Below are positions 9,505 through 18,138 of a DNA stretch of 55,825 nt, one piece after another. The notes below the pieces were generated by a model. The model was not told the DNA's origin. It ran no database searches and saw only the letters and a list, made by a program, of their open reading frames with translations. Numbering within the stretch: position 1 is the stretch's first letter; each line of letters starts with the position of its first letter. The DNA comes from Candidatus Yanofskybacteria bacterium (GTDB lineage: Bacteria > Patescibacteriota > Minisyncoccia > 2-02-FULL-40-12 > GWA2-44-9): positions 1 to 55,825 of the forward strand of contig JACPNL010000010.1 in the NCBI GenBank assembly GCA_016185505.1, in the 5' to 3' direction. Made by a program: the position numbers and the translations under genes.

Positions 9505-9907
9505 TCGGACTGCCCGGATTCGAACCGGGACTAACCTACAACTTTGACCTCTTTCCGTCGGTCAAGTCGCAGGCCCGCCTCATGGCTGAAAATCGCCGAT
9601 TGCGATTTTCAGCATCGCTCCGGCACTTGAATCGTAAAGAAAACATAAAGCAGTTTATGTTTTCTTTACGATTCAAGCATCCCAACCTATGGTAGAATTT
9701 GGCCTAATATGTCGGGCCGCCCAGAATCGAACTGGGTCTAACTGGTCCCAAACCAGTCGTACCACCATCATACGCCGGCCCGATTAAGAGCCAAATTCTA
9801 CCATAGGTCAAGAACGTCTCGCCTGCCCCGCACCAACCCCGCCCCCTTTTTGAATGGCGGTCAGCGGATAAGGTTGGTGCGGGGTGCTACCGTTACACTA
9901 CAGTCCG
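9505..9907 (-). tRNA. split/interrupted tRNA-Pro-like gene (5' half 9907-9884, 3' half 9535-9505)
   Basis: CGGACTG-TA-GTGTAACGGTAGCAC ... TAGTCCCGGTTCGAATCCGGG-CAGTCCG-A. Perfect 7-bp acceptor stem with Pro identity (C1-G72, A73). About 350-nt insert in the anticodon arm. Anticodon not determinable. Confidence 0.75.
9712..9782 (-). tRNA. tRNA-Pro(TGG), nested inside the split tRNA
   Basis: CGGGCCG...ACTGG-TTTGGGA-CCAGT...CCCAGTTCGATTCTGGG-CGGCCCG-A. Confidence 0.93.
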
Positions 9908-9944
9908 GTCTTAACGCAAAATTCACTACGAAACTTAATTTTTG

Positions 9945-10016
9945 TCTCCTCGCGAGGAATCGAACCTCGATTCGCGGCTTAGAAGGCCGCTGTTTTATCC
10001 GTTAAACTACGAGGAG
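9945..10016 (-). tRNA. tRNA-Arg(TCT)
   Basis: CTCCTCG...GCGGC-CTTCTAA-GCCGC...CGAGGTTCGATTCCTCG-CGAGGAG-A. Confidence 0.95.
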
Positions 10017-10336
10017 GTTGATTTTTTGCCTAAATTTAAAAACTGATTATAACTTTTACGTCTGTGACAATTGGCACATCGTATCTTGCACTTTTTAATT
10101 TCTAAGAGTATAGATCTCCAGGAATTATGTCCCGATAACATTTTTGCAATCGGCCTTCTTTTCCGACTAGGATTTATATGATCAAAATCTAGAACTCTAG
10201 GATCTTTTTCCCCACAATCAACACATTTTTTATTTGATAAAAAAGCTGCCATTTGCTCTCTTATCCTAATTCTGTATCTCTTTTGTGCTTTATATAATTG
10301 TTCCCTGTATTTGTATGGCATTTTTGGGTTATACAC
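10007..10336 (-). CDS. HNH endonuclease-like protein
   Basis: CVDCG..LDFDH..KC..RCANCH. The stop codon lies inside the 5' end of tRNA-Arg. Confidence 0.85.
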   Translation of the reverse strand: MYNPKMPYKYREQLYKAQKRYRIRIREQMAAFLSNKKCVDCGEKDPRVLDFDHINPSRKRRPIAKMLSGHNSWRSILLEIKKCKIRCANCHRRKSYNQFLNLGKKSTSS

Positions 10337-10363
10337 TACCTATTCTAACCCGACTTTGATTGC

Positions 10364-10402
10364 ATTACAAGCTATCTGTTCTGTCCATTGAACTACGAGG
10401 GG
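10364..10402 (-). pseudogene. orphan 5' half of a tRNA-Arg-like gene
   Basis: CCCCTCG-TA-GTTCAATGGACAGAAC-A-GATAG-CTTGTAA, with no matching 3' stem or T arm afterwards. Confidence 0.7.
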
Positions 10403-10493
10403 AAATTTTTGTGTTAATTTTACCACATTTTGCCTCGTATATCAAAATTTATGGGGTTTTACTTATTTCATAAAATATGATAAATCATTGTAC

Positions 10494-11849
10494 ATGTCGT
10501 ATCCCTTTGAGCCGTATAAAATAAAGGTGCTAGATTCTATAAAGATCTTGAGCGAAAGCGACCGCGTTCAAATTTTAAAGTCGGCTGCTTATAATCTTTT
10601 TAAAGTTCCTTCCGAAAAAATAACCGTTGACTTGCTCACCGATTCCGGTACATCGGCTCTTTCCCAGGAACAGCTGGCTCAAATGATGCTGGGCGATGAA
10701 TCCTACGCATCGGCAAAAAGTTGGGAGAGATTTGAAACTGCAGTTAAAAATTTTACCGGCAAAAAAGAAGTTATCCCCGTGCATCAGGGCCGAGCGGCAG
10801 AAAAAATTATTGCTGAAATTCTTCTGGAAAAAAACGACATTGCTTTCTCAAATAGTTTTTTTGATACTACAAGGGCGAATTTTGAACATCGAGGAGCGGT
10901 GTGCTTGGATGTCCCTACGGAAAAATCGGCCGATCTTTTGAGGCCAAAATTATTCAAAGGCGATGTTGACACGAAAAAACTTAAAAAGCTTTTAAGCCGC
11001 TATAAAAAACGGGCAAAAATAATCTTAATGACATTAACCAACAATACCGGCGGCGGACAGCCGGCCTCTCTCAAAAATATAAATTCTGCCGCCGCTATAG
11101 CGTCTAAAACAAATCTGACTTTTATTATTGATGCTTGTAGAATCGCTGAAAACGCCTATTTTATTTGGCTTCACGAACAAAAGAAAAAAGGCAACATTAA
11201 ACAAATAATCCGCAATCTTTTTGCACTGACTGACATTGCTTACATGAGCGCTAAAAAAGACGGTTTGGCAAATAGCGGCGGTTTTATCGTTACTAACGAT
11301 AAAATTTTAGCCGCAAAATTAAGAGAGTTGGCGGTACTCTATGAAGGGTTCATTACTTATGGCGGAATGGCGGGCAGAGAAATGGAAACGATAGCTCGCG
11401 GTCTTGAGGAGGTTGTTAGTCCGGCTTATCTTGAACACAGAATCGGTCAAATTGCCTACCTTCATACTGAACTGGCTAAAATTGGCGTTCCGCTGATTCA
11501 TCCTCCTGGCGGACATGCTGTTTATGTTGATGCCGGTAAATTTTTCTCCCACATACCACGAAACGAATTTCCCGGCCAAGCGCTAGTTGTTGCTCTTTAT
11601 CGGGAAGGCGGCATAAGAAGCGTAGAGATCGGCTCTTTAATGCTTGATAAAGCATCCAAATCAGAATTAGTTCGTCTGGCAATCCCGAGAAGAACTTGTA
11701 CTCAATCGCATTTTGATTATGTCGTTGAAATATTTAAAAAAATTCTAGTTAATAAAAAACAGTACAAAGGATTCAAAATAGCTTGGCAACCGTCAACCCT
11801 AAGGCATTTCACGTGTAAATTAAAGCTCACAGAAAAGAAATTCCGGTAA
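10494..11849 (+). CDS. tnaA: tryptophanase (PLP beta-eliminating lyase)
   Basis: DLLTDSGT, HQGRAAE, FDTTR, MSAKKD (PLP Lys), RLAIPRR. C-terminal LRHFT favours TnaA over tyrosine phenol-lyase (LRFFT). Confidence 0.85.
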   Translation: MSYPFEPYKIKVLDSIKILSESDRVQILKSAAYNLFKVPSEKITVDLLTDSGTSALSQEQLAQMMLGDESYASAKSWERFETAVKNFTGKKEVIPVHQGRAAEKIIAEILLEKNDIAFSNSFFDTTRANFEHRGAVCLDVPTEKSADLLRPKLFKGDVDTKKLKKLLSRYKKRAKIILMTLTNNTGGGQPASLKNINSAAAIASKTNLTFIIDACRIAENAYFIWLHEQKKKGNIKQIIRNLFALTDIAYMSAKKDGLANSGGFIVTNDKILAAKLRELAVLYEGFITYGGMAGREMETIARGLEEVVSPAYLEHRIGQIAYLHTELAKIGVPLIHPPGGHAVYVDAGKFFSHIPRNEFPGQALVVALYREGGIRSVEIGSLMLDKASKSELVRLAIPRRTCTQSHFDYVVEIFKKILVNKKQYKGFKIAWQPSTLRHFTCKLKLTEKKFR

Positions 11850-11915
11850 ATGATAAATAAGTTATGTAATATGATGTTTTTGTTTAGGAATTAAAAAACG
11901 GAATTAAGATTCCGT

Positions 11916-12353
11916 CTATGTAAATAGTTTTAGTTTTACTCCTGCTTCTTCAAATTGTTCTGTGGCCAACTTGAAGTCTTCTGCCCAGCGGGGGTTATCG
12001 GAAAAAGGAGCAACCGCTTCAATAATCCCAGCCTGTATCATCATTGACGCGCAAGGAGAGCAGGACATAAACGGCCAAGTATATAAACGACATCCTTTTA
12101 CGGATTCGTGGGCAAATATCAACGCGTTCCGTTCACAGTGAACGGTCAGTTTATATTTGAGTTCGCGATTGTTAAGCCGCTCCGGAAGATCAGCAACTCC
12201 TTGCGGAAAACCATTATACCCAACGGATACTATTCTGTTTTCGGGATCAACAATTACGGCTCCGGTTTTTGTTGAAGGATCTTTACTCCACTGCGCAATA
12301 AATTCAGCGAGAGCCAAAAAACGCCTATCCCATTTCTCTGTTCTTGGCGACAT
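11916..12353 (-). CDS. dCMP deaminase family protein
   Basis: SKDPSTKTGA, VGYNGFP, HCERNA, CSPC zinc motifs. Confidence 0.93.
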   Translation of the reverse strand: MSPRTEKWDRRFLALAEFIAQWSKDPSTKTGAVIVDPENRIVSVGYNGFPQGVADLPERLNNRELKYKLTVHCERNALIFAHESVKGCRLYTWPFMSCSPCASMMIQAGIIEAVAPFSDNPRWAEDFKLATEQFEEAGVKLKLFT

Positions 12354-12502
12354 CGTTGCTCGTTTGTGTTTGTTTAAGTTCTAACCGACATTATTATCAA
12401 AACCAAAAAGAAAGTCAACATTCTTAAAAATTATTTGCGTTGCCGTAGTAAATAAGATAATCTATCAGATAAATAGTTGTTTAAAAACGAAAGGAGACTA
12501 AA

Positions 12503-13645
12503 ATGAATCAGTTTTTGGTTTTGTTTTTTCTGGTCTTTAATTTTGCTTTTATCGATACGGCATGCCAACCTGACACATCGGACAAACAGACAATTCAAGT
12601 CATTTACGGCAAACCGGATTTTAATAAACTCACCAACATAATCTCTGAAAATGATGCCCGCAGTCTTGTTGAATTGTTAACTCATCCCGTATTGGAAGGC
12701 CGCTTTGCCAATAGCGAAGAATTTGATTTTGCGGCTAGATTTACAGAACGAGAACTCAAGCTTCTGGGGTATAAGCCGGTTTTTAAAGATACGGCTTCCC
12801 TGCTGAATAATTTCCGATACAGAAACGTAATATATGACTATGATCCGGAAAAAGATAATTATGCTAATCCAAGAACGGTGTATCAAAAAAGCAATAATGT
12901 AATCGGCTGGATTCCCGGCACCACTAATGAAATTGTCGTAATAAGCGCCCACCTGGATCATGTCGGACGCGATATGAAAACTGGCGCCTATTTCCCGGGC
13001 GCGGATGATAACGCTTCCGGAACCGCCGCTGTTCTTCAGATTGCCAGAGCGTTTTCTTCAATACACAAAACCGGCTATCGATTAAGACGAGGTGTTGTTA
13101 TTGCTCTTTGGGGCGCGGAAGAACTCGGCTTGTTTGGATCAAGGGATTTTGTAAAAAATATTGAAAACGGAAACTTACCATTTAAGATGGAGAATATCGT
13201 TTTAGTAGTAAATCTGGATATGGTCGGCAGAAAATTTGAGCATGACAGCCAACTCAAAGATGGCCCCAAAAGCGTACTGATCGTAGGGGCTGACGAAGTG
13301 AGCACTGCTCGGGATCTTCAGGAGAAAAATCCGATTCTTATAGACAACTTGGACAAAATCATAGCTACAACAGACCCATCAATGTCTCTTCTTTTTGATG
13401 ATGGAGGCAAGCATTTTTTCCGCCGCACAGATACTTTTTCTTTTGTTTCCGCAAAACCGGATGTTGCTACTATTTTCTTTACTGGACCGGAACATAAAGA
13501 TTATCATGCTATAACTGATACGGCCGAAAAGCTGGATTATAACCGCTTGGCTCGCATAGCCAAAATAGCCTTTCTTCTGTCAGCAAATTTTGCGGATTCA
13601 GATCTAACGCCAAGGTGCGCCGATTGTTTTGTTCCTAAAGAATAA
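12503..13645 (+). CDS. M28 family metallopeptidase, exported
   Basis: SAHLDH, GADDNASG, AEELGLFGS, NLDMVG, YH motifs and a signal peptide. Confidence 0.93.
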   Translation: MNQFLVLFFLVFNFAFIDTACQPDTSDKQTIQVIYGKPDFNKLTNIISENDARSLVELLTHPVLEGRFANSEEFDFAARFTERELKLLGYKPVFKDTASLLNNFRYRNVIYDYDPEKDNYANPRTVYQKSNNVIGWIPGTTNEIVVISAHLDHVGRDMKTGAYFPGADDNASGTAAVLQIARAFSSIHKTGYRLRRGVVIALWGAEELGLFGSRDFVKNIENGNLPFKMENIVLVVNLDMVGRKFEHDSQLKDGPKSVLIVGADEVSTARDLQEKNPILIDNLDKIIATTDPSMSLLFDDGGKHFFRRTDTFSFVSAKPDVATIFFTGPEHKDYHAITDTAEKLDYNRLARIAKIAFLLSANFADSDLTPRCADCFVPKE

Positions 13646-13714
13646 TTACGCGTCAGATTATTAATCAGTATGGCTTAAAAAGCCATATTTTTATTGGCGC
13701 CGGAGAATGGTGGT

Positions 13715-13788
13715 TGGAGCGGGTAAGGGGATTTGCACCCCTGCCAATTGCTTGGAAGGCAATTATACTACTACTATACGATACCCGC
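13715..13788 (-). tRNA. tRNA-Gly(TCC) with non-canonical D and T loops
   Basis: GCGGGTA...ATTGC-CTTCCAA-GCAAT...AGGGG-TGCAAAT-CCCCT-TACCCGC-TCCA. Confidence 0.9.
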
Positions 13789-13849
13789 GGATAAATCTTA
13801 TTTTACCACATAAAGACCCTCTTTAATAGAGGGTTTAATTGCAAAAAGA

Positions 13850-15139
13850 TTATCGAGTGTGATTTAAAATTTGAATTGCTTGGAGACAATCGCCATTGGT
13901 TCTTATAAACGGGATCCCTTTTATATTCAGCCCGAGCTCTTTGGAGATTTTCAGAACGGCATTGTGGCCGGAACGCATCAAATGGGCCGCTTGAGCTTGA
14001 GTAAAGTTGGTGAAGTCGAAAGGAATCGCTTGTTCCGGATTAGAGATCATCACTCTTTGCGGCGCGTGCTTGTCATGAAGACGCAAGCGACCATAATTCA
14101 TATCATCGAGTATGCCGTCTAAAAGTTTTAAAACAACATCTATGTCTTCGGGACGGCTAGACAACTGCTTGGCTTTTGCCAATTCCTCTCTGGCAACGGC
14201 AATCTTGTTTTTTGTGTTTATCTCTGCGTCAATTCGATCCTGTACGTTGAGGATTAACCGATCATGAGTCGTAGACCGTATTGATAACGCTCTTAAAATC
14301 CTCGTGAGAATGTCGTAATGAGTATTTATGTCAAAATCGCCGATCTGCACTCCTTGGATGTCAAATATAAATATGACATTATAACCGATCGGCTCTCTTA
14401 TGGCCTCGTCTATAAGAAGACCGGAGCTATATCCCCCATCTATCAGAAGGAGGTTATCAAAATCCGGATGAGTTTTGTCAACAAGTTTCAGTTCTTTTGG
14501 ATGATCAATGGTCGTGGCTGGAAATTGAGGCACAAGCCCCATCGAACCTAGAATGGCCGGAAAAAGCCAATCCTTATGCTCCGGAATTTTATTGGAGAAG
14601 ACAACCTGTTGACCTGTCCAAAAGTCTGTCGCCCCGATTTTCATCAAAATAGCGTCCGGCCCAAATATTCTATCCAGGTACGGCCAGGTGTGTTTTATGA
14701 GAAGAGCGCATAGAACTTTATTATCGATAATATGGCCCGCTTTGATCTTTTCCAATAGTTCTTTGGTTTTACCTAGGTCCTGGAATAAACCCTTTCTTTC
14801 TTGAGCCAAAGCTTTCCACTCTAGAATGCCAGCCCCCTTAAGGTGCAAAATCATGTCGATCACTTTGGAGAGGTGTTTTACGCTCTTGAAATCCTCCATA
14901 TTGCCGACAATGTCTTGCGGGGTAATTCTTAACAGAATGTCACAAAGTTTTCTTTCTTCGCCTATGCAACTCAAAACGGCGACAGGAGAAGGGCCGGATA
15001 CGGCATATATACCGGCAAGATCATGTCCATTTAGACGAAGGATTTTTCTCAAAGTTCGAACCGCCTGCCCACAGAAAAATAGATTATCAGGTCCGCCGCG
15101 ACAAACGGCGGCGAACAGAGCGCCTTCTTGAAATTGCAT
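13850..15139 (-). CDS. patatin-like phospholipase (divergent)
   Basis: CRGG, AVSGPS, ATD..TG and LIDGG motifs. Likely start MQFQEG at 15139. Confidence 0.65.
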   Translation of the reverse strand: MQFQEGALFAAVCRGGPDNLFFCGQAVRTLRKILRLNGHDLAGIYAVSGPSPVAVLSCIGEERKLCDILLRITPQDIVGNMEDFKSVKHLSKVIDMILHLKGAGILEWKALAQERKGLFQDLGKTKELLEKIKAGHIIDNKVLCALLIKHTWPYLDRIFGPDAILMKIGATDFWTGQQVVFSNKIPEHKDWLFPAILGSMGLVPQFPATTIDHPKELKLVDKTHPDFDNLLLIDGGYSSGLLIDEAIREPIGYNVIFIFDIQGVQIGDFDINTHYDILTRILRALSIRSTTHDRLILNVQDRIDAEINTKNKIAVAREELAKAKQLSSRPEDIDVVLKLLDGILDDMNYGRLRLHDKHAPQRVMISNPEQAIPFDFTNFTQAQAAHLMRSGHNAVLKISKELGLNIKGIPFIRTNGDCLQAIQILNHTR

Positions 15140-15285
15140 ATTCTCTCCAATTGTCAAAGACCCGTATACTCTTGCTATACAACAAATAACAAAAAACCGC
15201 AACCGTAACGGTTGGGTTTTTGTTAAAAACAATATTTCAGATCTGAAATATTCGTATGTGCCTATTCGTTAAGGCTATTCGCATA

Positions 15286-15567
15286 CTACTTAATTGCTTC
15301 TTTGAGCAACTTACCGGCGGTGAATCTCGGCTTCTTGGAGGCTTTGATCTGAATGGTCTCGCCTGTTCGAGGATTTCTGCCCTCTCTGGCTTTCCTGTCG
15401 GCAACCTTGAAGATACCAAAACCGGTAATGTTGACCTTGTCGCCTTTTCTCAAAGCGTCGGTGACCATGTCAACAAAAGCGTCTAACCATTCCACGCCCT
15501 GTTTGTTGGTAACACCCATCTTTTCAGCCAACATTTTGGCTAATTGTCCCTTTTTTACAGTTTGCAT
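15286..15567 (-). CDS. hup: histone-like DNA-binding protein HU
   Basis: GFGIF..RKAREGRNPRTGETIQI..PRFTAGK. Confidence 0.97.
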   Translation of the reverse strand: MQTVKKGQLAKMLAEKMGVTNKQGVEWLDAFVDMVTDALRKGDKVNITGFGIFKVADRKAREGRNPRTGETIQIKASKKPRFTAGKLLKEAIK

Positions 15568-15920
15568 TTATTTATATGTAATTAAGTAATTGATAATTGG
15601 GTAATTTATTGCCTCTAACCTCTGACCATAATTACCTAATTACCTAATTACTTAATGACTATCTTGTTTATTTAACTATTCTTAAATGACCTCTCTATTC
15701 GACCCCTAGGGAGGACTATTTACTTACTTTTTGTATTCTCTAGGTTTTATGCGGAAAATGCAAGCCCCGCCTATCAACAGGGCTTGATTGTTGATAGGCG
15801 GGGTTTAATATTTCCTTAATTTTGTCGCTTTCAGCGACCATGGGACTTTTCCATAAACCTCGGAAACGCGAGAAAAATTTAGTCACTCAGGATTCGTTAA
15901 TTAAGATTATCAACAATTTC

Positions 15921-16037
15921 TTGACTTTCTATGCTTAAGCATGCTATATTTAATGTGTGCTTGCGGAGCGTAAGCTCCTATCAACATCAGAGTTGATAGC
16001 AAGCATACTAAAAAACCGCCTTTTACGGCGATTTTTT
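15921..16037 (+). ncRNA. candidate small RNA with promoter and terminator
   Basis: TTGACT..TGcTATATT, then a three-way junction (gtgtgcttgc/gcaagcatac enclosing two hairpins), then a bidirectional terminator. Confidence 0.35.
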
Positions 16038-16421
16038 AGTATCTTTTTGCATTATGCTGTAGAAGTGTTTATTGCCGTTGCCGACTTGTCTGATTATTAA
16101 CTTTATAGTGATTATCCCGAAAGTATTTATGAGAGCCCATTCTTTTATAATCTTGCCTTTCTTTTTCTTCTCTCTATAATCTTCTATTACTTTAGATTCT
16201 AATATTATTCTCTTGGCAAACGGTATCAACCCAAATCTTCTTTTTTGTTCGTTTCTCGATCTGATCTTTAGTTTTCTGATAAGATGCCCGAAGCCAGTGG
16301 CATTGAAATATATCTTTTCACTATCTAATATTGGACAAACAACTTCCCCAATTTTCTTATAGATAGATTTGGCTATTCTTTTTGTTCTTTTGTATCCAAA
16401 ACTTTTCGGTATTTTCTTCAT
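16023..16421 (-). CDS. basic hypothetical protein, possibly RelE/barnase-like nuclease fold
   Basis: 132 aa, Lys-rich. FNATGFGHL and KLIIRQVGNGNKHFYSI pattern. The fold is inferred. Confidence 0.5.
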   Translation of the reverse strand: MKKIPKSFGYKRTKRIAKSIYKKIGEVVCPILDSEKIYFNATGFGHLIRKLKIRSRNEQKRRFGLIPFAKRIILESKVIEDYREKKKKGKIIKEWALINTFGIITIKLIIRQVGNGNKHFYSIMQKDTKKSP

Positions 16422-16435
16422 AACTTGAAAATCTA

Positions 16436-17968
16436 CTACCTTGCGTATTCTATCGCCCTCGTTTCGCGTATGACATTAACCTTTATTTCTCCCGGATATT
16501 TCATTTCTTCCTCTATTTTCTTAGCAATGTCTTTAGCCATTTTCAGGGCGCTCAAGTCGTCTATTTTAGTAGGTGTGACGAATATTCTTAATTCTCGGCC
16601 TGCTTGTATGGCGTAGGATTTATCCACTCCATCAAAAGAGTTGGATATTCTTTCCAAGTCCTCCAAACGCTTTAAATATATCTCTACCGTATCGCGCCTT
16701 GCCCCCGGTCTTGCGCCGGATATGGCATCTGCCGTTTGTACCACTCTTGATTCAAGAGTTACATACGGGTATTCCTCGTGATGAGCTTCCATTCCCTGAA
16801 TGGCTCTTGGATCAATTCCGAATTTTTGGAGTATCTTCCTCCCTATTTCCACGTGAGTTCCCTGCACTTCATGGTCAACCGCCTTGCCTATGTCGTGGAA
16901 AAGCGCCGCTTTTTTAGTGATAGGAACATCCAGCCCCAATTCCGCGGCAAGCATTCCCGCTATGTGAGTCATCTCTATAGAGTGAAGAAGTACATTCTGC
17001 CCGAAACTGGTCCTGAACGCTAATCGACCAAGCAAGTACGTTAGTTTTGGATCCATCGGACCGACGCCGGTCTCGAATAGCGCCGCCTCTCCCGCCTCCT
17101 TTATCTTTTCGTTTATCTCGCTTTTTGCTTTTTCAACCATCTCTTCGATCTTCGCCGGATGTATCCTCCCGTCGGCTATCAGTTTGTCTATCGCCAATTT
17201 CGCTATCTGTCTCCGGACGGGATCATAACCCGAAACCACCAGCGCTTCGGGGGTATCATCTATAATGATATCAACGCCGGTAAGCCGCTCTATTGTCTTG
17301 ATATTTCTCCCCTCCTTGCCGATTATCTTTCCCTTTACTTCATCGGAAGGCAAACTAACCACCGTTGTTGTTACATCGGCTATATGAGAAGCCGCGTAGC
17401 GTTGAATAGCCGTGGTCAATATCTCGCGGGCCTTCTTGTCTAATTCTTCCTTATTCTCCTGCTCAAGCCGTTTGAGCTGCTTGTACAGATCGTCTTTATA
17501 TTCCTCTTCAACTCTGGACAGCATCTCGCCTCTGGCTTGATCTCTGTTCAGACCGGATATTTTTTCCAGTTCTCCGAGTTGCTTTGACTTAACCTGTTCA
17601 AGTTCGGTTTTCGCGGTTGCAAGCTCGGTGTTTTTGGCTTTTAAGGTTTCTTTTTCTTCGGTTAGTTCTTTTGCTCTTGATTCAAGCTCACTTTCTTTCT
17701 TGGTCAAAATATTCTCTATTCTTGAGAGTTGGACATTGCGTTCTTTCTCTTCTTTTTTAGCATCTTCTAAAACCTTAATAGCCCTGTTTTTGGCTTCAAG
17801 GAGTATGTCCTGCGACTTTGATTTTGAATCGTTGAGTATTGCCTCGGCCTTTGACTCCGCCGAGCTTACGCTCTTACTTGCTAGAAGTTGCCTGACAAGG
17901 TACCCGATTATTATACCAGGTAATAACGCTGAAACTGCCGCTACGAGAGGGCTTAGTTGTGAAAACAT
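16436..17968 (-). CDS. rny: ribonuclease Y
   Basis: TM anchor, coiled coil, KH (KGKIIGKEGRNI), HD (HDIGK), YAIQAGRE. Confidence 0.98.
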   Translation of the reverse strand: MFSQLSPLVAAVSALLPGIIIGYLVRQLLASKSVSSAESKAEAILNDSKSKSQDILLEAKNRAIKVLEDAKKEEKERNVQLSRIENILTKKESELESRAKELTEEKETLKAKNTELATAKTELEQVKSKQLGELEKISGLNRDQARGEMLSRVEEEYKDDLYKQLKRLEQENKEELDKKAREILTTAIQRYAASHIADVTTTVVSLPSDEVKGKIIGKEGRNIKTIERLTGVDIIIDDTPEALVVSGYDPVRRQIAKLAIDKLIADGRIHPAKIEEMVEKAKSEINEKIKEAGEAALFETGVGPMDPKLTYLLGRLAFRTSFGQNVLLHSIEMTHIAGMLAAELGLDVPITKKAALFHDIGKAVDHEVQGTHVEIGRKILQKFGIDPRAIQGMEAHHEEYPYVTLESRVVQTADAISGARPGARRDTVEIYLKRLEDLERISNSFDGVDKSYAIQAGRELRIFVTPTKIDDLSALKMAKDIAKKIEEEMKYPGEIKVNVIRETRAIEYAR

Positions 17969-18138
17969 GTTGTTTGATTAGTGTCATTAAGTATGTAGAA
18001 TGCGGTATGTTGAATGTAGTATTTTTATAAAATTTTGATGTCCTTACGACATTCCACTTTCTACTCTCTACACTCTTAAAATTGAACTAAATTAAAACTT
18101 CTCTTTCATTATAGCAGAGAATAAAATATAATGCAAAT

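Noticed and set aside
13695-13707. Possible tRNA 3' remnant TTCTCCGGCGCCA downstream of tRNA-Gly
   Set aside because: At 13 nt it is too short to distinguish from chance.
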